Origin: Cetorhinus maximus
Lineage: Eukaryota
DNA: 64,000 nt
Assembly (NCBI RefSeq): GCF_964194155.1
Contig: NC_135909.1
Coordinates: 12,586,001-12,650,000, forward strand
Reading direction: 5' to 3'
The notes below the pieces were generated by a model. The model had not been told where the DNA came from, did no database searches, and saw nothing but the letters and a program-made list of their open reading frames with translations. The translations under genes and the position numbers were made by a program. Shown one piece after another: positions 36,331-50,760 of this stretch (position 1 is the first letter of the stretch; each line of letters opens with the position of its first letter).

Positions 36331-36699
36331 TTTTAATGGAATATTTCAGACTTAATCAAAATTGATATTGAGCTATTACAGTTCTTTATCTAGGTTTTAT
36401 TGGATTGATGAACAAATAGGATTCAGGAAAGGGAGCAGGACTTTTCCTTCCCTTTCATTCTTCAGATTTACAGTGGCTGAAAGAGCAGCTGGAAAAGTTA
36501 ATGGCGATGGAGCAGAAAAAAATAACATTGTCCTTGCGGAACACATTTAGTTTGACATTTTCTTGATAAGTTCAGTGAGTGAGCAAGTTTTAGCAAATGA
36601 GCTTTAAAGTTAAGGGCCATCTAATTAAACCTATAATATATAGAAAAGGTTGTTTATTTTTGTGGTGAGATTCTCAAAACTGTGGAGGAGCCGAGAGAG

Positions 36700-37330
36700 A
36701 TGAACAGACATCATTAAAAGCTCGTGAACTGGAAGATAAAAATAATATCTAAGAGTAATAGAATACGAAATATTGGGAATCATATTACAGGTGTATAAAA
36801 CCCTATTTAGATCAATGCGTTCTGTTCCTGACAACTGACCTGAGGGATGTTAGATTGGCCTTGGAGTGGGGGCAGCAGAATTTCATCAGAGTGATACCAG
36901 ATTCAAATGACGAGGACAGATTGTAAATACTAGTATTGTAATGCCGTGAATATCAGAGACTAAGGGGTGATCCAACTGAGATGTTTATGGTGCTTGAATG
37001 ATTTGACAGGGTAGATAGAAAGAAACTGTTACCTCTGGTGCGACGGGAGGCGGGGGCCGGGGGTGGGGGTGGTGCCCTCAACAAGGGGGCTTAACCTTTA
37101 AATTAGAATGAAGCCTTTCAAAGGTAATTTCAGGAAGTACGTCTTTACACAAAGGATGGTAGAAACTCCCTCCCCCAAACAACTGTAAACGCTGGGGGTC
37201 AACCGAAAAGTTCCAAACTGAAATCGATAGCTCTTGTTTGTTAAGTGTTTTAAGGATTACGAAACAAAGAGGGATAAATGGAACAAAAAGACAGACCAGT
37301 CATGAGTTCATTAAATGGTAGGACAAACTT
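36700..37330 (+). mobile_element. CR1 3' fragment, decayed
   Basis: AGACTAAGGGGTGATCCAACTGAG, GACAGGGTAGATAGA, TTTACACAAAGG. Confidence 0.6.
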
Positions 37331-38237
37331 GGGGGAAGATTACTTTACTTTTGTTCCTCCACCACGAATTCATAAAGAAAAACTAAATCTGGAAGGAACT
37401 GAAATGAAGTGTCATCACTTGTTGGTCCTATTATTCTCTCAACATTGACAATCTCTAGTGCTGAGCTACAGTTCCACACACAACTCGTCTCCCAAGAAAT
37501 CCTGCAGGAAGAAAATTATTCTCTCCAACCTGCATTTCCCACATTTTACCAGCTGCCAATCCTTTGATCAGCATTTGGAAATTGAAATCGGTCTATTGCC
37601 CCATTTCCATGGTGATTTTGGGAATAGTCAGCAGGGGAGCAGAATTAGAAAGCAATTGCTTTCCTCTCTGTTAATATTCTCTCAATGTCGACATGCCTCA
37701 TTCATTGGAAGGAGAATTGAGCTTGTATTAATCCTGTGATGAACAAACCTGCTCCATGTTACAAACATTTTCTGTGTTAATTTTTTAAATATCAGATGAC
37801 AATTTCTCATTGAAATACAGTAAACTGCTCCCAGGTACTTTCATGAGCTTGTGAAACAAGACAATTCCAATTTCCGCACATAATGAAGCCAAGCGGGTGG
37901 AGACACCTGTTTCTCACTGATCAGATATTGGAGTTGATGAAGAATGTTTTCTGAAGATCAATGTGTCCTTTTGGAAATCTGGAATGGGTATGGTTTTCTA
38001 TATTAAACTTTGACCCTTCCGTTAGTTCTCCATGTGCAGCTCTTTTTGGTGGTGTTATTGAGTCAGGGATGTTGGTCAGGGCAGCAAGAGAAATCACTGT
38101 GCTCCTTTAATAGCGCTGGGAAATCTTTCATCGCTTTAAAAACCTGCCACTAGTTATTGCTCAGGATTAGCCTGGAGTGGTACACTGAGTTTATTTACTT
38201 ATTGAAATCAATGCTTTACACAGAAAGCATTAGTTCC

Positions 38238-39130
38238 TGTCAAGCAAGTATAACAGTTTCATAATAATTTTCTGGTTTATTGCGAAGTAATTTTATGGGG
38301 TAAGTATAGCTGGGTCTGTCTGTGTGTAATGTAATTACATTTGGAGCCATGTTTAACTTATCAAAAGAAGCTGGGTGCTTGACATGCTAATGAGTAAACA
38401 TGGAACCTGGATTAGCATCTAAAGTGTGAAGGGAATTTGCAATTTTACATAATTGAAGGGATATTTGGATTTCAACGGTATCTCAGTCTGTATACAACTA
38501 GTCAGATAAGCAAGGCTAAGGAACATGTTGATTTTTCCCAAAGGTTACTGGAAATAGTGGCGACATGGGAGTTTTTTATATTGTGAAGATGATACAATTT
38601 CATCGAGAGCTGGGTCTATAGAATTTACATATTAAGAAGAGAGGAACATATATAAAGGAGAATGAAAGGTTATGTTGAAAAAGGCCATGTAAGATCTAAC
38701 AGGAGTGTGTGAAATGGCCTCAATGAAGCCTCCAGCATTTTTGCGTTAGTCTGCTATGTAACTAAACGGGAGTTGGAGAAAAGCCATAAGGCATTCCATT
38801 GTCCAGGGTACAGTGTTAACTTGCTGAGTCTGCTTTAATTCTAAAATCTATTTTGAACCTTAAAGGGCGTGTAACTGAGGGGGCCAGTTTAATTAGTAAC
38901 TTGAGGAGTTATTATAGCGCTATTTGTAGTCTTATGTATGTGCTTGACATCTTTTATTTTTAATAAGATATTAATTTATTTATTTTTTTAATTTCTAAAT
39001 GTCCTGGCAGGCATGTTGCTTCTGAATTCAGTGCACAAATCTCGTAATAAATACAAATGTAAAACCCTTGTGACAACATGACCAACTATCCCTCTTGGAT
39101 TTGGTCCATATCTTCTGCAACGTCATAACA
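38238..39130 (+). mobile_element. Probable solo LTR
   Basis: TGTCA...TAACA termini, TTCC/GTCC flanks, internal TATATAAA and AATAAA; 3' end resembles 25300-25360. Confidence 0.5.
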
Positions 39131-41329
39131 GTCCTTCACACACTCTGATCAATTAACGCCTGTACCCGTTATTGCTGATGGATTTCATGTCATTTTGAGT
39201 CCCACCTGAGTTGAGTTTGAAGTCAGATTTCATGTTTTCTGGAGCAAAACTGAAACTGATTCAGGAAAAATGAACAGACACTTTCTGTCAGAAAGGGGCA
39301 GCCAATTTCTGCACGGGAAACACCCACAAACAACAATGTGAACATGCTTTGGGATGATGATTGAGTGCTCGGGGGCATAACTCCACTGCTTGTGTGTCTA
39401 CAGCACAGCGCAATGGGATCACTTATGATAAAATAAGAGGTTGGGCAGGGCCTTGGTTTATCATCATTATTTAAGGGCTGCACCTACAATAGTGCAGCCC
39501 TCCCTCAGTACTGTACTGGAGTGTCAACCTTCTTTGTTACACACAAATTCTGGCACGGGTTTTGGGGACATACACTTATCTTTCAAAGCCAAATGCGACC
39601 AAATCAGCCCCACTGAAAGTTTTTTACAAATCGCCCAATCCACAGCTACAGGACTGGGGCAATTATGAGGTCATCCCCTGGCAGGTCACGTGACAGGTGG
39701 GGCCACAATGCATCAGCACCAGGTTTGTGATTTGATTCAAACCCAAAATCCTGTCACAATGACTTTTCAAATAAATCTGTCGTCTACTTGCCAACACAGC
39801 AGTAACACTTTCTGCCTAACCATGAGGAGAGCTAGGGAGACATGCACAAAACTAAATCCTTTCATAAAATAGTTCAAAAATCATTTAGACTGAAATCCTG
39901 TGAGGAAATGTCAAGTTATTATTGAGAACTCCGCTCGGAGAGCTTCCTTGGACAGGAGAGAAATCAGGCGAAGAATCTGAGTATATCGACACCAGCAAAC
40001 AAGTTGACAACAAAACTGGATCAACTCCTGTGAAGATCAATGAGTAAAAGCTGAGAGCTCCGTGCACCATCAGTTCATCAAGTAGAGATATTGCCTGGAT
40101 AAAGCATTCTGTTCAGGACAGGATTTATTCAACTGAGTGGAATAGACAGGTCTTTGCACAACAAGTCAGTCATCTCTAGATTTTAATTTGAAAACTTCCA
40201 GTTTGTTGCAAGATGGAATTCATATAAATTATAATTACAGTACAAATAAGTTGATAATTCAAACACAAACGTTGCTTTCAGGTAAATTAAGTGGGACAAT
40301 GAAATTACAACCAAGAACTCAATTGACCTGGGAGCTCAAACACAGAAAATTGCAGAGTGAAGAGTTTATAATGTGGATTTGTTGAAAGTGGAGATTAGGT
40401 GCAGAGGGGAATGAGCTGCTGTGTAAATTAAACCGAGAGACAACAGCAAAGATACAATCAGGAAGGAGCAGAACATTCTAAATAACGAAAACTTTAATTA
40501 AACAGGCAGCTCATTTCAGTGTAATATTGGGACAGCTGAGAGCTGTTGACTACGCATCCTGTGCTCTGTTGGAAATCCAAAAACAGGCTGATGATAGATG
40601 TCAGATTCATAATAAATTAGGGAACCAAGCAGAAAACAGGAAGTACAGAGGAGAGCTCAAAAAGTAAACTTGAACAGCAGAGAAAAGATTAGCAGGTAAC
40701 ACAAGGTAACACTGAAGGCTATTACCAACAAATGGACAGTCACTGAAAGGGAGGCTGTGGAGACAGAGGGGATGGCTGAAGCTCTACATGGCAGGAGAGA
40801 TTAAATGACGAAAGAATTGGTGCTGCACGGCAAAAGGGAGAGGTGAAGGAACAAGTAACAAAAAACTGAGATGTGTCAAAAAGAGGTGCGAATGGAAAAA
40901 TGAGGAGCAGCTGCCACCCGAAAGCAAATGCAACAGAAGAATGAGGTTAAAACCAAATGTGAAAAAAAGGAGTAAAAATGGGGACAGAAGTTACAGTCTG
41001 AAGAACATTAGAGATTTGAGCAGCTGCAGGTCATTCAGCCCTTCGAGCCTATTCTGCCATTAAACACGATCATGGCTGATCTGATTGTGCCCTCAACCCC
41101 ACTTTCCTGCCTGTCTCCCACAACCCTTGACTCCCTCGTAGAATATGTGCAACTCAGCCTTGAATATGTTCAATTATCGAGCCTGCACTGCTCTCTGGGG
41201 AAGATAATTCAAAGGCCAATGATCCACTGAAAACAAATTACTCCTCATCTCCATCGTAAATAGGGGACCCATTATTTAATAAACTGTGTTCCCTAGTTCA
41301 CACTGCAAGTGTAATCCTTAGCACAATTG

Positions 41330-44050
41330 GGATTGTTTATTAAGTGTTGTCCAATTGCGGAATGATAGTGTGGAGTAATGAACTGCCTGGTGGAGTATAG
41401 GGTAGGTTTTGCCCTCATGGTTCACTGTGTGCACGTATACATGGGTTGCCAAAGACTCAGAAAAGTGATGTCCCTTTACATCCTATCTCATCTCTGACTG
41501 ATTCTTCACAACATGAATTGGCCAAATGGCTGAGTGAGTTGCTACAAACAGTTCTGAGCGAGTTTTCCACATACACGGTGAAGGGATTCTTCTCCTTTGT
41601 CAAGCCCATACAGGACTTGCATATCGATAGCAATGGCGTGCGCATGCGCTTGTTGCCTGTTTGGCTTTGCTAGCCTCTTGATTAATGTACCACTCAAGGA
41701 AGCCATTCACACATGCACCATGTCATTATTTCATGATGATCAAGTCTCACTGCCATTGTCTGAATCTGTATTCAATGAACATATGAACTCAGTAACTCAT
41801 GAAGTTCATTTCACTTTTAATGACACCGTGTATGCCCAAAGAGATAATGTTGCCATGGGACACCCTCTAGGCCCAGCTGTTGTAAACATCTTTGCCCATT
41901 TCCACGAGAAACGTATCTTCAATGAAATGACCCCTAAAATCCTATCCCTTTCCTTTTTCTGATACACAAATTACGTGTTTTCTATATCTGCATTTGCAGC
42001 TACATGTAAAACATTCCTGTGACACCTTAATGGGCTCTAACCTGCTCTATTCTCATTGAAATTTACCAGTCAAACGAGCCCCCTTTCCTCAATGTACTAC
42101 TTGAGAAATCTGCCAATGCGTTCTCTACTACTGTCTCCTGCTAGCCCACCGCCACTGTTGGGATTCCCACAGTTCCATGCGGTATAAGATAAGTCTTGTC
42201 GGCAAACTGATAGGTAGGGACCAGGCCATTTGCTAATCATGCAACATGATGCCAAAATCAGGCACTTCAAAGCTATCTTGCAGAATAATGGCTCCATCGA
42301 TCAAATGATTGCTCACTGCCTATCACACAAACTCATCAATGGGCCTAAGCCCGTTCTGAAAATTCTGTTCTGAAGAGTGGCCAGTCTACCTGACATAACC
42401 CTGGAATGGTTACGGTATCTGAAAAACGTGAACAACTAATAAAGCTACCCGTTTCACAATGCTACTATGCAGTAGCAACACGAGTGACATTCTCCACTAA
42501 CAGGATGCTGCCGTCAAGACTAAAAATATGTTCTTCCAACAACACAAATAACTAATGTTGTATATGAATTTCAGTGTCAGTGTGATGTGAGGTCTGTGGC
42601 CATTTGCCCCAATGACTGTTGGATCATACCAAACAGCTTAGGCCTTCAGCTCTTCACAACAGGCAAAGTACTGAGCATACTCACCAAGATCCTGCTTGAA
42701 AAGCTCAGAACATAGTATCCAACATTGGATGTGATTTCACAGAAGGACAATACTTACTGATCAATCCCGATTGTGCTAAGAATTACAGTAACAACTGTTA
42801 CGATCCCGGCTGATGGTAAAACTGGATAAGTCAGTTCCCAGAGTGAAACCTGGCTTGATAGAACCCAACATGTGTAGGATGTGAGAAAAGATTCTGAAGA
42901 AATTCACAGGTATTTGCTCATGAACTTTGAACACAAAGAATAAAATATTGATCAAAACAAGAAAAACAGACTACATTAACCGGACAAAACAGTCAGAAAG
43001 ATCTCAATACAAACAAAAGAAGGTGATTCAATTTCCCGATATTCCTTTGCCCAGCAATATCTTTACAGATGGATAAACCAGTGAAGAGTTACCACGGGCT
43101 TGTCACAAAGGCTTCTTTCTTGGGGCTGGCACACGTGCAAACTGTTTTCTTGAGGTGAATTCTTGAGCATTCACTTGATCCTCATCAACCAAGACTTATC
43201 TCACCCAAAATAACTGCACTTTATACTCACTGTTTCAGTAGCAACACCACTGAACTGATCACAACAATGATTCATATAACTGACTCTACAGTTAACTACT
43301 GTCCCGTTAGCCTTGTAATTTTCTCTTCTCAAGAGCCTAAAACATCCCTGCTTAACTCTTTGATGCACATTGAACTCGTCCCTGTCTTTCTCTGTCTCTG
43401 TGTCACTTGAACACTGTCGGTAGGCAGCAGCCTAGTTTTTTTTTTTATTGTGTGTTTCTTTTTTCCCCAAAATCACTAAACATCTAACCCCTTTACTTGC
43501 CTGTCAGCCAGGGATCCACCCAGGCTTCGAAGTCCCAAGGCGAAATGAAAAAAAAACTTGTGAAACTGGAACGACTCTACATTTCTGACACAAAAAATAC
43601 ACACACATGTATCTATCTATACACATTATATATATATATATATAATATATATATATACATATGCAAACACTCATTAAAAATTGTACATAGTTCCTAATAA
43701 CCTATTGAAGATTATCTGTCGAGCTCGCTGTGTGCCTCACTTACACATGCTCGGGGATACATTTCTTCACACACAGGCCACTACCTTGGCAAACAAAATG
43801 GACATGTCCACGCATTGCCCTTCGTGCAACTGAAGAAAAGCTTGGTGGACAATCATTCCCTGATTCCTTCCCAGGGAAATGCCTGGAGCAATCAGAGTCG
43901 ACTTGGCTGTTTGAAATAAGACAAAAGCTTGTCAGTTAACTCTTCCCTGTTGCATTCCCATGGCAACCCCTCTACCAATCAGCAAATACTTGTCAACCAA
44001 TCAGCACCCCGTTCTCATACAGTATAAGTTTTTGTTCCCTTTGAGATTTG
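41330..44050 (+). mobile_element. Penelope-like retroelement, decayed, split by a solo LTR
   Basis: GLPKTQKSDVPLHPI, QHELAKWLSELL, NVPLKEAI, FTFNDTVYAQRDNVAMGHPLGP (PLE RT); NVVYEFQCQC (GIY-YIG) at ~42555. Confidence 0.85.
42796..43698 (-). mobile_element. Solo LTR related to 24032-25360, opposite orientation; contains (TA)n at ~43627-43660
   Basis: Begins TGTTACGATCCC...CCCAGAGTGAAACCTGGCTTGATAGA (reverse complement of 25290-25360) and ends TTCCTAA; the Penelope host resumes afterwards. Confidence 0.65.
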
Positions 44051-44779
44051 GTATAATTATATCTGCTCTGTAAGTTAATGTATTCTCAATGAGTTATTTA
44101 AGGTTTATTAACATAATATCAATTACATTACTTAGCTTAAGAAAATAAAGTATTATTTGTGGTTAAGCACATATACATAGGGGATAGCTGGGAAATAGGG
44201 CTGTGAAGCAGCAGAGCTGTGAGACTAAACAAGTAAATAAAATCTCTCGATAAATACAAACTCTGTGTCTTGCTTTCGGCTTCACCAACTGATTTGGATA
44301 CTGTTAACACTGAAGAGGGAAAGACAAACGAAATCGACACCATGTCTCTTTTTTTCAGGAATACTCAAGTTCTGTATTCCTAAGTGACAATTTCTACATA
44401 AATCTGTCACATTTCTCACCGTTCCCAGTTCCAACAAAGTGTCATGACCTGAAGCCACTGGTACTTCCAGATCTGCTATGTATTTCCAGCATTTCCTGTG
44501 TTTATTTCAGATTTCCAGAATCCAGAATATTTTGCTTTTATATTTCCATTGTATTATTGGTTGTTACTGTGGGATAAATTTTATATCTGCCTGGCCCTTG
44601 CACTGTGTCTGTGTCGGATATGAGGTGTACATGTCGGTCTCTAACATACATGTGTGCCTATGGAAAAGGGCTGCCTGTGCAGACAGTTCCTACCCTGATC
44701 CTTACAACTCCTCCCACACCAAGTGAGATCAGACAGATACAGGCTCCCTTGCACAGATACAGAAAGATGTCACACAGTC

Positions 44780-45300
44780 ACTAGCATTAGTCTAATTTTC
44801 TGCACCAAACCTTTGGAAATACGTGAAGGTTTTATGAAGAGTGCAGAAAGGGTTTACAAGAATGTTTGTAATGATGAGGGCTTTAGTTACATGGATAGAT
44901 TGAATAAGTTGTGGTTACTCTCCTTCGAAAAGAGAAAGCTGTGAGGAGATTTGGTAGAAGTGTTCGAAATAGTAAGTGTTCTAGATAGTGTAGATAACAA
45001 TAAAATGATCCTGTGGGCAGTAGGCATCGATTTATGGTGGTTGGCAAAAGTACTAATGGAGGCATCAGGATTTTTTTTTAATGTAGGAAACCATTAGGAT
45101 CTGCAATTCACTGCCTGAGAGTATGCTAAAGACAGGAGAATTTGGGGTTGTTAAGAGGGAATTGGATAAGCACCTGAAGGGAAAAGGTTTGCCAGGCTGT
45201 GGTGAGAGGGCTGGGGTTCAAAAGTAGCTGAGTGGCTCTGGTGCAGAAAGACCACGGACATGAAGGGCTGAATGGACTGTTGTTTTGCTGTAACTATTCT
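44780..45300 (+). mobile_element. CR1 3' fragment
   Basis: GFSYMDRLNKLWLLSFEKRKL and a CR1 3' UTR. Confidence 0.75.
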
Positions 45301-45309
45301 AAGCGTGTA

Positions 45310-48300
45310 TGTATTTAAGTGTAGGATTCACTCTGTCTCACTATACCTCTGGCAAAGAATTTGAGTGTCTGATTCATTATGTATCTGTCAGTCTCTAGGG
45401 ATGTGTGTGAGTGTATGATTCACTCTGTGTTGCTGTCTGTGGTGCACTATGAGTGTAAGATTCATTATGTATCTGTCAGTCTCTGAGACACTTTGGAAAT
45501 CGGTATTCATTCTACCCAGAATATATTTCATTGGGCCATCTGGTCTAATTGGTATATTATTCCACAAAGTGCTCCACCCAGAATACTTCATGTACCATTA
45601 TCTGCTGGTCCATGAAATCCATTCTCCCTCCTGTACTACCTAGCTTTCCCTTAAATACAGCTGTGCTCATTGATTTAACTGCTAAAGATGACAACAAGTT
45701 CCACATTCTACAGATTCCATGAGAAATAAGTTATATTGATTTTTTTATTGGATTTAATAGTTACAACTCTATGCCGACCCTGTCAAATCCCATCACTACT
45801 TCCTCACATTGACCGGAATCTGCAACACCAACAGTTCATGTTAATTCCCTCCGCTCTGTTGCAGTTCTCGGCTCTGGCCAGTAGATGTCAGCACACTCTG
45901 CTAGGTCGAAGTTTACAGATCAGAGATGGACACAACAGGCAAGAATTGTTCACATTATATTAAGAGGGGAAGGGGAGGTCTTAGAATTACTAACGGTGGA
46001 TATGACCTTTTTATTCTATTTTGCTATACAAGCAGTAATTATAATGTTGTGCTAAAGCCGTCAACATGTTGTGTGTGAATGTGAGATACATTCTTATCGG
46101 CCCTTCTCTGATCCAACTTGTGAATGTGGGATTCATTCTGTGTCTGTTACTCATAGGTGCTGTGTGAAAGGCACGCTGGACCTGTCAGTCTTGGTTACTG
46201 TATGTGAGTGTGGATACATTCTCCGTGGAACTGTAGGTGAATGTTGCATTCATTCTGCATTTGTCGATATCTGGTACAATATATCTGTGTCATAGTCAGC
46301 CTGTATCTTACATTTCCAGGGACTGCATGAGTGTTGGGTCACGCCTTGAGCCTGACAGTGGAATGGGACGTATGCAACGGATGTGTTCGATCAGTCACTT
46401 TCTGGTATTGAACAGGACCCAATCTGAATTTCTTAATGGTGATGGTGGTTTGTGAGTGTGCATGTGTTTCACTCTTTGCCAGTCAGTGCTACTGTATGTG
46501 AATGTGGAAACCATTCTGAATCTGAATATCTCTTGCATTCCATGGGAGTGTAGTTTCAGTCTGCATTTGTTATTCTCTGGAGGTGGGTATGAGTTTGGCA
46601 GGCATTCTGGTCTGTCACTAGGGGAGTAGGTGAGTGTAGGATTCATATTGCACATTTCATTCTCTGGTACTATAGAGGAATTGGGGCTGATTTTATATCT
46701 GAATGTCCCTGGTGTTGTTGATGAGCATGGCAATCATATATATCTGTCAGGCTCTCCTAATGTGTGAGTCTGGGTTTAATTCAGGGTCTGTCGATGGCAT
46801 TCTATGCCTGTTGTATTGTTACATAAGTTGGGAATCATATATATATATTTCAGTTCCTCATGCTGTTTGTGAGCATGAGATTCATTCTGTATCTGTCAGT
46901 GACTGCTACTGTATGAAATTGTGGGATTCAATTGGTATATTTCATTCACTGGTATTGTATGTGGAATTGGATTTATTCTGTGTCTAAGCATGCATGTGTT
47001 CGTCTGTGTATGTGCATGTAGACTTCCATTTGTTTCTGTCAGCACCTGTGATTCTATTTGGCTCTTAGACCCTTTCTACAATCTCTCAGTGGTATAATTG
47101 GTGTGTCAGAATAATTTTGTATCACTCACACTGAAATAATGTGAGTGAGTGCAGTAAACAGTATGTGTCTCTCAGCATCTGGCACTGAACATGTGTTTGA
47201 TAATTGCTCACTGGTACTCTGGTGAGTAGAGGATTCATTGTGTAACCTTCGGTGTCTGGGACTGTTTGTAAGATTGGGTTAATTGTATATAAATTTCGAG
47301 CACAGCTAATGTGGTCGGCTTAAGCAAACGATATGTGGGAGTTTTGGCCCAACATTAAATCTGTCACTTTGAACACAATTGGGAAAGATAATGAATCCTT
47401 TAATCTGATACTGGATCGGTGTGCACGTATAACTCAAGTTGTACTAATTGATTTGATCTGTGACATTCAGTCTGATTCTGAGTAAGAACTTTGACATGGA
47501 TGTAAAATGGAGCTCAGTCTGGAATTGTTACAGTATTTCCACTTGACACTGTGTGAGGATGGAGGATTAGTATGTGATCTATAGCTGAGTTCATATTCAT
47601 CAAATTAATATTGTATCTTTTAGTTTCATAATAAGGGTGAGTTTCAAACTATAATCTGAACTTCTGTCTCAGGTTATACTAGCTTTCAGGATATCTCAAA
47701 CTGATAATGTACTTGAGATTTGAACTGGTATCTCAGGTATATGTCAGGACACACTATGGGAATTAATGGTGCAATTTATAAGTCCATGATGTGTGTGAAT
47801 ATTGGGCTGGCAATTAACATGAACCTCAGTGTACATCATTAAGGTTAAGCCTGTAAGCTTGTAACTGGAAATGTATCAGTTTTATCAGATGTTTAATTTG
47901 TAGCGAAGGCAGCACGACTGCAGGATTGACTCAGTGAGAATTTAATAGCGGGTGAGAATTTGGACTGGGATTTATGGACACTCCCATCTGCAGGACTGAG
48001 TTTGGGTGACTTGGATACAATGTCTATCTCTCCTGCTCTGTTTGATTCATGGATGGAAAATTACTTTGGAACTATTTATGCTGTCTGAGACTGTGAAACT
48101 GATGACTTGTCAGTGTCTCTGTGCTCTGTCAGTGATAATGTACATACTGTGTGTGAGAAGGAGCTGGTGGGAATCTTCATTCTAATTTGGCTGGAGGAAA
48201 CATCACATTTATTCTGGTTCCTTCAATTATTTGCCTGTTGGTAAAAAGTATATTTTTGAATTCATGTACAGGTGAGGTAGAAGATACTGATTCTATTAGT

Positions 48301-50760
48301 TTAATCTCTCTATTAATAATCATTATGAATGATCTGGGAAGTCTGGGAAGAGTGCCCTCTGCAGTCCCAATGGCCGGGAAGCAGTCTGGGAAGAGCATCC
48401 TCTGCAGTCACCATCGCCAGGAAGCAGTCTGGGAAGAGTGTCCTCTGCAATCACTGTCGTCGAGTGAAAAAACACAATGAGTGACATCACAGGAAGATCA
48501 TAAGTTCATTGGTTGGTGAGTAACTGCTAGTTTGAACTACCTATTCTAAGTTGATTTCAGATCAAAGGTGACTATTGGGGCCCAGGATCGGAGGTCTAAC
48601 ACTTCAGCTTCAACTCAGCAGAGAGAGTGAGTTCCAGTTGATTTAAAAAGTGTATTTTGATTCTCTATTCTAATTTGCTTTCAGGTGAAAGGTAAATAGC
48701 AGAAATATTTTACAGATTGATAAGTTAAAGACCAGTAGGAAATTTAACAACAAATTGAAAAACTAATTAAATAAAATAAAATAGAGATGCAGTGCCAGGC
48801 GATGTGTTGCAGCTGTGTGGTGTGGTTGCTGTTGGACCCCATTGTGGTTCCTCATGACCACATCTGTAGCAAATGTTGGTTGCTCGAGAAACTCCGGCTC
48901 AGAGTTGATGAGCTAAAGTCTGGGCCTCAGAAACTGCGACACATCAGGGAGGGGGAGAGTTACCTGGACGCTCTGTTTCAGGAGACAGTCATACCCCTTA
49001 GATTAACTACCATAAATTCGGCCAGTAGTCAGGGACAGGAGGGTGTGACTATGAGTGAGGCAGGTAGAGGGATCCAGGAAGTAGCACTGCAGGAGCCTCA
49101 ACCCTTGTCCTTAACCAACAGGTTTGAGATTCTTGCTCCCTGTGTGGATGAGAGTGGGGACTGTAGGGAGGATGAGCAAACTGACCATAGCAACATGGCA
49201 CAGGGGGCCATTCAAGTGGGGGGAGAAAAGAGAAATGTAGTTGCAATCGGGGATAGTACAGTTAGGGGAATGATACTGTTCTCTTTGGCCGGGATCGAGA
49301 GTCCCCAGAATTACAAGTGAATGTGGGGCTCATTCTGAAGCTGACAGTATCTGGAAGTGAGTGTGAGTTTGACTTTAGTTCTGCAGTTATCAGTCTTTGA
49401 CTACACGTGTACTTCATTCATTCTGCAAGTATCAGTCTCTGGTCCTGTATCCAAATGTTGATTTTTGTTTGTATCTGTCAGTTGTGGGATTGTGTAGGAA
49501 TGCAGGATGAACTATATGAATATCATTCTCTGATTCTATATCAGTGGGATTCAGTCTGCTTCAATATATCATTTGTGAAATATTAAAAACCAGTGCTTCC
49601 TTTCAGTTACCTGTGAAATGCAATATTGTTGCATTCAATCTGTATGTGTCCATCTCTTGTCTTACACGTGGATGTGTTATTTTTTCTGTATCAGTGGTTC
49701 CCAGGTAATTTACATGAGAATGAGATTAATTCTAACCCAAACATATGTGAGTGTGGCATTCATTCTTTAGCTGTGCATATCTGGAAATAATTGTGTCAGT
49801 GAAGTTGATTTTACTTTTTTCTTCATCTGTTGCTGTCTGTGAATGAGATTTGTCTTATGCCTGTCAGTCGGTGGCACTTTAAATGACTGCTTTTAGTCTA
49901 TGCCTTATTGTCTTTTTCTGTGTGTAGGCCTGTGGATTTTTTTTTCTGCATGTCAGGGTTTGGTCCCCTGTATAAAGTGGGATTAATGCAGTGTATGTCA
50001 GTTTTTGGTGAGTGTGGACATACTTCTGTGTTAGTCATTCTCTCAAACTGAATGTGAGTGTGCATTAATTCAGTTTTCATCAGCATCTGGCAGACCCTGA
50101 GGGTGGGAATCATTCAATATCTGTCAGTTTCTGGTATTGTATGTGAATGTGCTGCTCATTCTGTGTCATTACCTTGTAAAGGGTGTGAGTGAGGGGTTTA
50201 TTTGTACCTGTCACTGTGCAATAACGAATGGGATTATGAACTTCATTCTGTATTTTTCAATCTCTACTCCTCGACGTAAATGTGTTTATTTTTGGCCGTC
50301 AGTCTCAGGTACAATAAGAGACTCTGGAATTTATTATACTTTTGCCAGTCTCTGGTAGGGTATGTGACACTGGGCTACATTCTACATCTTTCAGTCAATG
50401 GCAATGGATATGAAAGTAGCTTTAATTCTGTATTAGTCAGTCCCTGGGTTGAATGTGGTATTTGGAATTTGTTGTTCTTATGTCTGTCTCTAGATTTTCA
50501 TGTGAGTTTGGGGTTCATTCTCGATCTATGTGTCTCTGCCATCGAATGCAACTGTGGGAGTTTTCTGTATTGGTACATAACCTGCATCTCAGGCATGATC
50601 GACAGGCTACATTCAGTAGTTCTGTGCGAGTTGTGTATTGGTATTAAATTTTTATCTGTGAGAACAAATTGGAGTGATAACATATGCATCAATCTCATAC
50701 CTGGTCCATTATTTAGTTCCTGCAGTTTGAAAGAAAATGGAATTCATACTTTAATATTCT
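45310..50760 (+). repeat. Degenerate ~45-bp tandem array (approximate unit TGTGAGTGTGGGATTCATTCTGTATCTGTCAGTCTCTGGTACTG); clearest at 45310-45510, 46070-47300 and 49315-50700
   Basis: GATTCA(T/C)T recurs at 45371, 45417, 45459 and ~45504; GTGAATGTG at 46075 and 46120. Confidence 0.8.
48330..49305 (+). mobile_element. CR1 5' UTR and ORF1 (ORF 48787-49320), 3'-truncated
   Basis: CCSC..W...HICSKC zinc finger, LRLRVDEL coiled coil, LTNRFEIL, VVAIGDSTVRG (SGNH esterase start); short GGGAAGCAGTCTGGGAAGAG repeats upstream. Confidence 0.85.

Noticed and set aside
45310-50760. CRISPR-like or zinc-finger-coding reading of the ~45-bp periodicity, and Cys-rich ORFs such as 50280-50762
   Set aside because: There are no constant repeats with unique spacers, no cas genes, no C2H2 spacing or 84-bp period; Cys/Val richness follows from the TG content.
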